Below, piece by piece: positions 1-12,053 of a stretch of 27,831 nt of DNA. A program made the position numbers and the translations under genes. The notes beneath the pieces are model-generated. The model ran no database searches, was not told where the DNA came from, and saw only the letters and a program-made list of their open reading frames with translations. Positions within the stretch are counted from its first letter, which is position 1; each line of letters begins with the position of its first letter. Origin of the DNA: Neocallimastix sp. 'constans' (taxonomy: Eukaryota); NCBI GenBank assembly GCA_050613775.1, contig JBODTK010000138.1, forward strand, positions 434,001-461,831, in the 5' to 3' direction.

Positions 1-246
1 TTTTAGTTTAAAATACCATATTTTTTTGAAACAAATATAAACAATTATAATGAATAATAAAATAAATTCATATTATTATTAAAGAAACTTATTATTATAA
101 AATTTTATATATAAGGAAGAAAAAATTACTTACAAAATTTTTTCTTTTCATTATATCAATAGTACATCCAATTGTATAATAGTATATAGACCTTTATATA
201 GACCTTAAAAAAAATTGTAATTAATAAAAAATAAAAAATAAAAAAA

Positions 247-1374
247 ATGTTTCCAAAAATAAATTTGAAATTTTTAACTCTTACTGCTTTATTTGCTAAT
301 TCTGTTATTGCAGATAAAGCTAAAATTTATAGAAATTGTTTAAAGCCAGGTCAATTTGTTTTAACATGTAAGGATTTGTAATTATAATAATAATTTATAT
401 AAATTATTTATATAATAATTTATTTTAATAAATAACTAATTATCATTTTATAATTAATAGTTGATGATGGTCCAAATCCTGAAACAACTCCAATCGCTTT
501 AGATGTTTTAAAAAAATATAATATAAAGGGAACTTTCTTTATTAATGCTCATAATTGGAGTGATCTTGAAAATGATCCAACTGCTATTGAAACTGTAAAG
601 AAAACTTATGCAGCTGGTCATGATATCGGTTCTCATACTTATAATCATAAAGATTTATTTGAAGCCATTGAGGAAGGATCAATGAAAGAAAATGTTGATG
701 ATATGACAGATAAAATTGAAGAAATCATTGGTGTAAAACCTGCTTATTTCAGACCTCCTTGTGGAAATGGAGCATATAATGAAAGTGATCCTCATAAGAG
801 AGAAATGTCTGAAATGATTCAAGAATACTTGGGAGAAAGAGGATACAATATCATTATGTGGGGAACAGATACCATGGATTGGCAATATAAAGAAGATGTA
901 GATAGTGTGATTGCTACTATGAATGAACAACTTGCGGATCCAAATGTTTCACCAAAAACTCATAGTTTTATTACTTTAATGCATGATGTTTATCCAAGTA
1001 CAGTTAATATTGTTCTTCCAACCGTAATTGAATATGTTCAAAGTCTTGGATATGAATTTGTTCCACTTTCTGAATGTATTGGAGTTTCACCATATCAAAG
1101 TATTTCTAATGATAAAGAAAATCAAAATAATTTAAATAATGGAGAATCCAACACCACAGATGAAAATAACAAAAATAAATCTGCTTGTGAAACTAACACA
1201 AATAATTCTACAACTACTTCAAATAATACTAATTCTACAAGTACTATTACTAATTCAACAACGGAATCCACAGTTAGTATTAATAAAGAAGATGACAATA
1301 CTTCAAATGCTATTACCATTCATTCCAGTATTATTTTATCTGTTGTAATTGCTATTTTATCATTATTATTTTAA
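247..1374 (+). CDS. CE4 (NodB-type) chitin/polysaccharide deacetylase, secreted, putative GPI anchor; copy 1, 344 aa
   Basis: Exons 247-367 and 461-1374; GTAAGG...TAATAG intron 368-460 (93 nt). Spliced protein starts MFPKINLKFLTLTALFANSVIA (signal peptide). Motifs LTFDDGP (spans the intron), GSHTYNH, YFRPPCG, DTMDW and LMHD are followed by an S/T/N-rich stalk and hydrophobic C-terminus NTSNAITIHSSIILSVVIAILSLLF. The ORF track starts at an internal Met (682). Confidence 0.95.
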
Positions 1375-2335
1375 TCAAAATGACCTATTAAATATTTAAT
1401 AATTAAAAAATAATTATTGCTTAGATTATTTTGAAAAATTTTTTATTATATATGCATAATTAAATAACTATATAATTTTAAAAATGCAGTAATTTTATAC
1501 CATAATGCTTGTAAAATGAATTGTAATTCATTTTACAAATATTTAATTAAATAATTTATTAAAAATAATATATATGGAATTTATACCATTAAATATAGAA
1601 TATTAAAATATACCTAGAAATATATATTATATAAAATAAATTATAATTTGAAATAAAATGTGAATTATTATATACCTTTAAAAAAAAAATAAATAAATAA
1701 ATAAAAAATCATTTATATAACAAAAAATCTAAAAATAAATATTATATTTTTAATTAAAAATTTTTTTTCTAAATATTTATTTACTTAATATATAATAAAA
1801 ATATAAATAAATAATAGAAAAAAGAAAAAAAATAATAATAATAATATATATATTGTCAAAAATTTTTTATTTAAATACTAAAAATAAAAATTTTTTATAT
1901 ATAAAAAGTTAAAATTATATAAAATATGAAATTGTAATTGTATAACATTCTCAATAAAAAATAAATTCTAATAATTATAAAAAATTATTAATTTATCTTT
2001 ATATATGTATGCAAAATAATTTATTAAATAATATATTCAAAAATAATTTATATTTATATATATATAAGCAAAATAATTTGTTAAATTATATATTCAAAAA
2101 AATAAGTTTTTTATATTTTTCAGATTTTTCATTAATCTTTAATTTAAAATCAGTATAAAATTTTAAAATGAATTGGTGTAATGTATAAAATTTTTTTTGT
2201 ATATTTCTATAATTTTTTTTTGTATTATTTTTTTTAATCAACAACAAAAAATATCTAATAATTTATAAAAAGAAATGTGAAATAATTATAATGATTTTAT
2301 ATATATAAATTTAAACTATAAGGTTAGTTCTTTTA

Positions 2336-2476
2336 TTTCTTCTGTTTTATTATGCAAAAAATATTTTATATTTCTTTTGTTTTATTATGCAAAAAATATT
2401 TTATATTTCTTTTGTTTTATTATGCAAAAAATATTTTATATTTCTTCTATTTTATTATGCAAAAAATATTTTATAT
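2336..2476 (+). repeat. 35-bp minisatellite, 4 copies
   Basis: Unit ttttattatgcaaaaaatattttatatttcttttg; tatgc at 2351, 2386, 2421 and 2456. The paralogous site ~11829-11935 has 3 copies. Confidence 0.95.
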
Positions 2477-2484
2477 CAATGTAA

Positions 2485-2595
2485 ATAAATCTATTTTGAT
2501 CTTATTTTTCCATATACACTGAAACAATTATTTTAATATTTTTAACTCTTACTGTTTTATTTACTAAACCTGTCATTGCAGATAAAGCTAAATTA
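2485..2595 (+). pseudogene. Decayed relic of CE4 exon 1 (signal-peptide exon) plus upstream flank
   Basis: tttttaactcttactgttttatttactaaacctgtcattgcagataaagctaaatt vs exon 1 tttttaactcttactgctttatttgctaattctgttattgcagataaagctaaaatt. Reads FLTLTVLFTKPVIADKAK; no ATG and no exon 2. Confidence 0.8.
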
Positions 2596-2710
2596 AATAT
2601 TTTATTTAATTCTTAAAGCTATTTTTATATGACTTTTAAAAGGATAAAATAAAATTAATATTAATTAACAAAAACTCTTTTTTTACTTAATTTATATCAA
2701 TAAGTTGATT

Positions 2711-3250
2711 GATTTTAAAATTGTAAAAAAATTATTAATAAAATATAAATGATTTTAAAATTGTAAAAAAATTATTAATAAAATATAAATGATTTTAAAA
2801 TTGTAAAAAAATTATTAATAAAATATAAATGATTTTAAAATTGTAAAAAAATTATTAATAAAATATAAATGATTTTAAAATTGTAAAAAAATTATTAATA
2901 AAATATAAATGATTTTAAAATTGTAAAAAAATTATTAATAAAATATAAATGATTTTAAAATTGTAAAAAAATTATTAATAAAATATAAATGATTTTAAAA
3001 TTGTAAAAAAATTATTAATAAAATATAAATGATTTTAAAATTGTAAAAAAATTATTAATAAAATATAAATGATTTTAAAATTGTAAAAAAATTATTAATA
3101 AAATATAAATGATTTTAAAATTGTAAAAAAATTATTAATAAAATATAAATGATTTTAAAATTGTAAAAAAAATTATTAATAAAATATAAATGATTTTAAA
3201 ATTGTAAAAAAATTATTAATAAAATATAAATGATTTTAAAAATTGTAAAT
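2711..3250 (+). repeat. 40-bp minisatellite, 13 near-perfect copies plus a partial copy
   Basis: Unit gattttaaaattgtaaaaaaattattaataaaatataaat at 2711, 2751 ... 3151 (41-nt variant), 3192, partial 3232. Only ~2 copies at the paralogous site 12222-12305. Confidence 0.97.
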
Positions 3251-3684
3251 TGTCTAATTTATTAATAGATAGATAGATAGATAGATTTCTTTTCTACTTA
3301 TTATATAAAAACTTTTTTAAATTATTATATTCAAAAATATACAATTTTTGGACTATATTATAAATATTTTTCCCTTGTATTTATTTATTTAAAATTTAAT
3401 CATATATTTAGTAAAAAAAATAATATTTATATATCAAAAATAGAAAAATACACATTAATATTTTAATAATAAATTTTATTTTATTAAACGAGATTTTTTT
3501 TTATGGTATATAATGATTTCATTTTATTTCAAATTATAAAATTAATATTAATTATCGAAAAAAATTTTTTATTCAATTTATAAATATATTTATATTACTA
3601 AAAAAAATAATAATAATCATTATTTTTATATTCACTTCTTTATATTACATCATAAAAAAAATTTATTAATAAAATATAAATTAT

Positions 3685-4740
3685 TTTAAAATTGTAAATT
3701 ATCAAATTTATAAATATATACATAGATAGATATATTTCTTTTCTATATATTTATATAAAAATAATAATAATCATTATTTTTATATCCACTTTTTTATATT
3801 ACTTTATAAAAAAAATTTATTAATAAAATATAAATTATTTTAAAATTGTAAATTATCAAATTTATAAAAATATACAGATATATTTTTTTTCTACTTATTT
3901 ATATAAAGGCTTTTTAAAATTATTATTTTCAAAAACATACAATTTTTTGACAATAATTAATTATTTATTTTTTCTTTTTTCTTATATTAATTTATATTTT
4001 AATTATATATTTAGTAAATAAAAAATACTTTTATATCAAAAATCAATAAATACTCTTTAAAATTTTAATAATAAATTTTATTTTATTAAATGTTTTTTTT
4101 TTTAAAAAATATTAATAATATATTTTATTTTATTAAATGTTTTTTTTTTTAAAAAATATTAATAATAAATTTTATTTTATTAAATGTTTTTTTTTTTTTT
4201 TTTTTAAAGGTATATAATAATTCACATTTTATTTTAAAATTGTAAATTATCAAATTTATAAATATATACATAGATAGATATATTTCTTTTCTATATATTT
4301 ATATAAAAATAATAATAATCATTATTTTTATATCCACTTTTTAATATTACTTTATAAAAAAAATTTATTAATAAAATATAAATTATTTTAAAATTGTAAA
4401 TTATCAAATTTATAAAAATATACAGATATATTTTTTTCTACTTATTATTTATATAAAGGCTTTTTAAAATTATTATTTTCAAAAACATACAATTTTTTGA
4501 CAATAATTAATTATTTATTTTTTCTTTTTTCTTATATTAATTTATATTTTAATTATATATTTAGTAAATAAAAAATACTTTTATATCAAAAATCAACAAA
4601 TACTCTTTAAAATTTTAATAATAAATTTTATTTTATTAAATGTTTTTTTTTTTAAAAAATATTAATAATAAATTTTATTTTATTAAATGTTTTTTTTTTT
4701 TTTTTTTTTTTAAAGGTATATAATAATTCACATTTTATTT
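3685..4740 (+). repeat. Tandem duplication of ~550 bp of intergenic DNA
   Basis: aaaattgtaaattatcaaatttataaatatatacatagatag at ~3687 and ~4236; both copies end in aaaggtatataataattcacattttattt (4206 and 4712). Single copy in the paralogous spacer (~12750-13230). Confidence 0.85.
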
Positions 4741-5094
4741 CAAATTATAATTTATTATATATAATATATATTTCTAGGTATATTTTAATATTCTATATTT
4801 AATGGTATAAATTCCATATATATTATTTTTAATAAATTATTTTAAAGAATACTTACAAAATGAATTACAATTCATTTTATAAGTATTATACATTCTTAAA
4901 ATTAATAAATATATAATTATGTATATTATTATATTATTGTTGTATATTTGTTTAATATTAAAAATATTATATTATTTTATATTCGTTTAATATTGAAAAT
5001 AAACTTTAAAATTTAAAATTTTTATTTTTCAAAATAATATAGTCAATAATCAATTTAATAATTATTAAATATTTGATTAAATAGGTCATTTTAA

Positions 5095-6221
5095 TTAAAA
5101 TAATAATGTTAAAACAGCAATTGCAACAGATAAAATAATACTAGAATGAATGGTAATAGCATTTGAAGTATTGTCACCTTCTTTATTAGTACTAACTGTG
5201 GATTTTGTTGATGAATTAGTAATAGTACTTGTAGAATTAGTATTATTTGAAGTAGGTGTAGAATTATTTGTGTTAGTTTCACCAGCAGATTTATTTTTGT
5301 TATTTTCATCAGTGGAATTAGATTCTCCATTATTTAAATTATTTTGATTTTCTTTATCATTAGAAATACTTTGATATGGTGAAACTCCAATACATTCAGA
5401 AAGTGGAACAAATTCATATCCAAGACTTTGAACATATTCAATTACGGTTGGAAGAACAATATTAACTGTACTTGGATAAACATCATGCATTAAAGTAATA
5501 AAACTATGAGTTTTTGGTGAGACACTTGGATCCGCAAGTTGTTCATTCATAGTAGCAATCACACTATCTACATCTTCTTTATATTGCCAATCCATGGTAT
5601 CTGTTCCCCACATAATGATATTGTATCCTCTTTCTCCCAAGTATTCTTGAATCATTTCAGACATTTCTCTCTTATGAGGATCACTTTCATTATATGCTCC
5701 ATTTCCACAAGGAGGTCTGAAATAAGCAGGTTTTACACCAATGATTTCTTCAATTTTATCTGTCATATCATCAACATTTTCTTTCATTGATCCTTCCTCA
5801 ATGGCTTCAAATAAATCTTTATGATTATAAGTATGAGAACCGATATCATGACCAGCTGCATAAGTTTTCTTTACAGTTTCAATAGCAGTTGGATCATTTT
5901 CAAGATCACTCCAATTATGAGCATTAATAAAGAAAGTTCCCTTTATATTATATTTTTTTAAAACATCTAAAGCGATTGGAGTTGTTTCAGGATTTGGACC
6001 ATCATCAACTATTTATTATAAAAAATAATTAGTTATTTATTAAAATAAATTATTATATAAATAATTTATATAAATTATTAATATAATTACAAATCCTTAC
6101 ATGTTAAAACAAATTGACCTGGCTTTAAACAATTTCTATAAATTTTAGCTTTATCTGCAATAACAGAATTAGCAAATAAAGCAGTAATAATTAAAAATTT
6201 TAAATTAATTTTTGGAAACAT
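5095..6221 (-). CDS. CE4 chitin/polysaccharide deacetylase, copy 2, 344 aa
   Basis: Exons 6221-6101 and 6008-5095; 92-nt GT-AG intron 6100-6009. Same five CE4 motifs; N-terminus MFPKINLKFLIITALF, C-terminus ...SVAIAVLTLLF. Confidence 0.95.
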
Positions 6222-6792
6222 TTTTTTTATTTTTTATTTTTTATTAATTATAATTTTTTTTAAGGTCTATATAAAGGTCTATATAAAGGTCTATATACTA
6301 TTATACAATTGGATATACTATTGATATAATGAAAAGAAAAATTTTGTAAGTAATTTTTTCTTTCTTATATATAAAATTTTATAATAATAAATTATTAAAA
6401 TTACTTTATAAATTCATATTTTTATTAATAAATTATTAAAATTTTATTTTAAATTCATATTTTTATATTTAATAAAAATATGAATTTATTTTATTATTCA
6501 TTATAATTGTTTATATTTATTTCAAAAAAATATGGTATTTTAAACTAAAAATAGATTTATTTATATTAATATAAAATATTTTTTGTCAGATTATTCACAA
6601 AATAAAATTAAGGAAATAACCATAAACTATAATTAATATTTTAAATTTATATATATATTACACAAATCTTTTTTTAAATTTATATATTCAAAACATTAAA
6701 AAAAAAATTTAAATCTTTTAGAAATTTAAATCTTTCTATTTAAAATCGGTAAAAAAATTTATTTAAATTGAATTGGTGTAACCTATAAATTT

Positions 6793-6794
6793 TA

Positions 6795-6863
<69 letters not shown>
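6793..6863 (+). repeat. (TTA)n microsatellite
   Basis: Direct reading; mirrored by (AAT)n at ~9135-9197. Confidence 0.95.
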
Positions 6864-6865
<2 letters not shown>

Positions 6866-7133
6866 AATTGTTTTTTAACCAACATATAAAAAAGTTAAAT
6901 TATATAAAATATGAAAATATAATAAATATAAATAAAATTAGAATTATTTATTAAAAAAGTCTTATTACCAAAAACAAAATTTTTAGATAATTAATTTTTA
7001 GATATATTTTATTAATTATATAAAGAATTATTAAAATTTTTTTTATTAAAATATTTATTTTATATATAAATTATTTTTATTTTTTTTTTCCGATTTATCC
7101 TTATAAATATTATTTTTTTAGATATTAAATAAA

Positions 7134-7300
7134 ATTCTTACAAATTAAAACAAATTAACCGAATTTTAATTAATTTCTATGAATTTTAGCTTCAACTTCA
7201 ACTGTAATGACAAATTTAGAAAATAAAATATTAAGAAATAAAATTTTAAAATATATGAAAAAAATTATAATCTAAAAATAAACTTATTTACATTGATATA
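7134..7300 (-). pseudogene. Decayed CE4 exon-1 relic retaining the 5' splice-site region
   Basis: Reverse complement ...gaagctaaaattcatagaaattaattaaaattcggttaatttgttttaatttgtaagaattt vs exon 1 end aaagctaaaatttatagaaattgtttaaagccaggtcaatttgttttaacatgtaaggattt. Confidence 0.7.
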
Positions 7301-8295
7301 AATTATTTTTTGCAAAGTAATACAGAAGAAATAAAAGAACTAACCATACACAATAATTATATTTTAAATTTATAAATCTAAAATTATTTTTAATATTATA
7401 CATTTCTTTTTATAAATTATTAAATATATATTGTTTATTGATGGTTAAAAAAAAAATAATAATGAAAAATTTATAGAAATTAATAATAAAAAAACTTATA
7501 CATTACACCAATTCATTTTAATATTTTTAACGATTTTAAATAGAAAGATTAACGAAAAAAATAAAAAATTAGAAAAATTCTATTTTTTGAATATAACTTT
7601 TAAGAATTTTATTTATTATCTAAATAATAATATTATTTAGGATAAAATCGGAAAAAAATAAATGTAATTTATATATAAAATAAATATATTTAATGAAAAA
7701 ATTTATGTATAGTAATTTTTTATTTATATAAAAAGTCTAATTATATATTCAAAAAATAATTTTTTTTTTTTTATATATTTCAGATTTTTAGTGAGCTTTC
7801 TATTTAAAATCTGTAAAAAAATTTTAAAATGATTTGGTGAAATGTATAATTTTTATTATTATTTATTTTCGTAAATTTTTTTTTATTTTTTTTTTAAACA
7901 ACAATTAACAAAATATATCTAATAAGTTATAAAGAATTATAAATTATATTTTTACATTTCTTTTTATAATTATAATATTAATAATTATTTTTTGATTTTT
8001 TGGTATATAAATATTATTGATTTACTAAATATATATAATTAATATATAAATAAATAAAAGAAAAAAGAAAAAAATAATAAATAATTATAACATTACCAAA
8101 TAAATATATATTTATGAACATTATAATTAAGGTCTTTATATAAATTAATAAAAAAGAAATAAATTTATCTTTTTATCTTTTTATAAATTGTATAATTTAC
8201 AATTTTAAAAAATTTATATTTTATTAATTTAATATTTAATATAAATTTTTAATTGATATAAATTGAGTAAAAAAAATTTTTTGTTAATTAATATT

Positions 8296-8500
8296 AAAAC
8301 ATTTTAGTATTACTTTTAAAAGGATAAAATAAATATTATTTTAAAAGTAATATTAAAAGGATAAAATAAATTAATATTATTTTAAAAGTAATACTAAAAT
8401 GTTATACTTTTAAAAGGATAAAATAAATATTATTTTAAAAGTAATATTAAAAGGATAAAATAAATTAATATTATTTTAAAAGTAATACTAAAATGTTATA
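8296..8500. repeat. 94-bp tandem duplication with internal inverted repeat
   Basis: tacttttaaaaggataaaataaatattatt at 8311 and 8405; acattttagtattacttttaaaa (~8299-8321) is near-complementary to ttttaaaagtaatactaaaatgt (~8380-8402 and ~8474-8496). Confidence 0.85.
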
Positions 8501-8659
8501 AGTATGATATATAATAATTAATTTTTTTTAGACAAGGAGAGAATGTCATGTAGCATATAATATTAAAATATTATTCAGGATAAATATAAAATAATAAATA
8601 ATATATATAATGTATGGATAATTCTTCTGTTTAGCTTTGCAAAAAATATTTTATATTAA

Positions 8660-8815
8660 TATAAATAAATCCATTTTTAGATTATATTTACCATATTCTC
8701 TGAAATAATTATTTTAATATTTTTAATTCTTACTGCATTATTTGCTAAACCTGTCATTTCAAATAAAACTAAAACTAAATCTATAGAAATTATTTAAAAT
8801 TTAGTTAATACAAAT
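8660..8815 (+). pseudogene. Decayed CE4 exon-1 relic
   Basis: ttttaattcttactgcattatttgctaaacctgtcatttcaaataaaactaaaactaaatctatagaaattatttaaa resembles exon 1 (LTALFA...IYRNCLK); no start codon. Confidence 0.75.
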
Positions 8816-9134
8816 TAACTAAATTTTAAATAATTTATAGATTAACTAAATTTTAAATAATTTATAGATTAACTTTATAAGAGTTTTATTTAATATTTAA
8901 AAAATAATATTATTTAGGATATATCGGAAAAAAATAAGTATAATTTATATATAAAACAAATATATTTGAATGAAAAAATTTATATATAAAGTAATTTTTT
9001 ATATATATAAAATATGAAAATATAATAAATATAAATAAAAATAGAATTATTTATTAAAAAAGTCTTATTACCAAAAACATAATTTTTAGTGAATTAATTT
9101 TTAGATATATTTTATTAATTGCTGGTTAAAAAAT

Positions 9135-9137
9135 AAT

Positions 9138-9194
<57 letters not shown>

Positions 9195-9197
9195 TAA
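9135..9197 (+). repeat. (AAT)n microsatellite
   Basis: Direct reading. Confidence 0.95.
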
Positions 9198-9669
9198 AAT
9201 TTATAGGTTACACCAATTCAATTTAAATAAATTTTTTTACCGATTTTAAAAGGAAAGATTTAAATTTTTTTTTTTTATGTTTTGAATATATAAATTTTAA
9301 AAAAGATTTGTATAATATATATATAAGTTTAAAATATTAATTATAGTTTATGGTTATTTCCTTAATTTTATTTTGTGAATAATCTTATTAAAAAATAATT
9401 TATATTAATATAAATAATTCTATTTTTAGTTTAAAATACCATATTTTTTTGAAACAAATATAAACAATTATAATGAATAATAAAATAAATTCATATTTTT
9501 ATTAAAGAAACTTATTATTATAAAATTTTATATATAAGGAAGAAAAAATTACTTAAAAAATTTTTTCTTTTCATTATATCAATAGTACATCCAATTGTAT
9601 AATAGTATATAGACCTTTATATAGACCTTAAAAAAAATTATAATTAATAAAAAATAAAAAATAAAAAAA

Positions 9670-10836
9670 ATGTTTCCAAAAATAAATTTGAAATTTTTAA
9701 CTCTTACTGCTTTATTTGCTAATTCTGTTATTGCAGATAAAGCTAAAATTTATAGAAATTGTTTAAAGCCAGGTCAATTTGTTTTAACATGTAAGGATTT
9801 GTAATTATATATATAATTTATATAAATAATTTATATAAATAATTTATATTAATAATTTATATTAATAAATTATATTAATAATTATATTAATGAATAATTT
9901 TTTATCATTTTATAATTAATAGTTGATGATGGTCCAAATCCTGAAACAACGCCAATCGCTTTAGATGTTTTAAAAAAATATAATATAAAGGGAACTTTCT
10001 TTATTAATGCTCATAATTGGAGTGATCTTGAAAATGATCCAACTGCTATTGAAACTGTAAAGAAAACTTATGCAGCTGGTCATGATATCGGTTCTCATAC
10101 TTATAATCATAAAGATTTATTTGAAGCCATTGAGGAAGGATCAATGAAAGAAAATGTTGATGATATGACAGATAAAATTGAAGAAATCATTGGTGTAAAA
10201 CCTGCTTATTTCAGACCTCCTTGTGGAAATGGAGCATATAATGAAAGTGATCCTCATAAGAGAGAAATGTCTGAAATGATTCAAGAATACTTGGGAGAAA
10301 GAGGATACAATATCATTATGTGGGGAACAGATACCATGGATTGGCAATATAAAGAAGATGTAGATAGTGTAATTGCTACTATGAATGAACAACTTGCGGA
10401 TCCAAGTGTCTCACCAAAAACTCATAGTTTTATTACTTTAATGCATGATGTTTATCCAAGTACAGTTAATATTGTTCTTCCAACCGTAATTGAATATGTT
10501 CAAAGTGTTGGATATGAATTTGTTCCACTTTCTGAATGTATTGGAGTTTCACCATATCAAAGTATTTCTAATGATAAAGAAAATCAAAATAATTTAAATA
10601 ATGGAGAATCTAACTCCACAGATGAAAATAACAAAAATAAATCTGCTGGTGAAACTAACACAAATAATTCTACACCTACTTCAAATAATACTAATTCTAC
10701 AAGTACTTTTACTAATTCAACAACGGAATCCACAGTTAGTATTAATAAAGAAGGTGACAATACTTCAAATGCTATTACCATTCATTCCAGTATTATTTTA
10801 TCTGTTGTAATTGCTATTTTATCATTATTATTTTAA
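9670..10836 (+). CDS. CE4 chitin/polysaccharide deacetylase, copy 3, 344 aa
   Basis: Exons 9670-9790 and 9923-10836; 132-nt GT-AG intron 9791-9922 expanded by short internal repeats. Same motifs; QSVGY variant. Confidence 0.95.
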
Positions 10837-11939
10837 TCAAAATGACCTATTAAATATTTAATAATTAAAAAATAATTATTGCTTAGATTATTTTGAAAAA
10901 TTTTTATTATATATGCATAATTAAATAACTATATAATTTTAAAAATGCAGTAATTTTATACCATAATGCTTGTAAAATGAATTGTAATTCATTTTACAAA
11001 TATTTAATTAAATAATTTATTAAAAATAATATATATGGAATTTATACCATTAAATATAGAATATTAAAATATACCTAGAAATATATATTATATAAAATAA
11101 ATTATAATTTGAAATAAAATGTGAATTATTATATACCTTTAAAAAAAAAAATAAATAAATAAATAAAAAATCATTTATATAACAAAAAATCTAAAAATAA
11201 ATATTATATTTTTAATTAAAAAATTTTTTTCTAAATATTTATTTACTTAATATATAATAAAAATATAAATAAATAAAAGAAAAAAGAAAAAAAATAATAA
11301 TAATAATATATATATTGTCAAAAATTTTTTATTTAAATACTAAAAATAAAAATTTTTTATATATAAAAAGTTAAAATTATATAAAATATGAAATTGTAAT
11401 TGTATAACATTCTCAATAAAAAATAAATTCTAATAATTATAAAAAATTATTAATTTATCTTTATATATGTATGCAAAATAATTTATTAAATAATATATTC
11501 AAAAATAATTTATATTTATATATATATAAGCAAAATAATTTGTTAAATTATTTATTCAAAAAAATAAGTTTTTTATATTTTTCAAGATTTTTCATTAATC
11601 TTTAATTTAAAATCAGTATAAAATTTTAAAATGAATTGGTGTAATGTATAAAATTTTTTTTGTATATTTCTATAATTTTTTTTTTTATTATTTTTTTTAA
11701 TCAACAACAAAAAATATCTAATAATTTATAAAAAGAAATGTGAAATAATTATAATGATTTTATATATATAAATTTAAACTATAATGATTTTATATATATA
11801 AATTTAAACTATAAGGTTAGTTCTTTTATTTCTTCTGTTTTATTATGCAAAAAATATTTTATATTTCTTTTGTTTTATTATGCAAAAAATATTTTATATT
11901 TCTTCTATTTTATTATGCAAAAAATATTTTATATCAATG

Positions 11940-12053
11940 TAAATAAATCTATTTTGATCTTATTTTTCCATATACACTGAAACAATTATTTTAATATTTT
12001 TAACTCTTACTGTTTTATTTACTAAACCTGTCATTGCAGATAAAGCTAAATTA
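11940..12053 (+). pseudogene. Decayed CE4 exon-1 relic (paralog of 2485-2595)
   Basis: taactcttactgttttatttactaaacctgtcattgcagataaagctaaatt at 12001-12052. Confidence 0.8.

Larger units (their letters stand above)
4690..11150. repeat. Large imperfect palindrome: arms ~4690-7340 and ~8615-11150 containing head-to-head copies 2 and 3
   Basis: Reverse-complement matches extend beyond the CDSs: aattggtgtaacctataaat+(TTA)n at 6771-6863 vs (AAT)n+atttataggttacaccaatt at 9135-9218, and ttccgatttatcc ~7088 vs ggatatatcggaa ~8917. The 3' flank 4710-4840 matches 11010-11150. Confidence 0.85.

Noticed and set aside
682..1374. 230-aa ORF taken as the full protein, implying a CE4 lacking motifs 1-2
   Set aside because: The frame is open upstream to the acceptor at 460, and exon 1 supplies the signal peptide and completes TFDDGP; the genes are complete.
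2711..3250. 40-bp repeat array as a CRISPR
   Set aside because: Units abut with no unique spacers, there are no cas genes, and the context is eukaryotic; it is a minisatellite.
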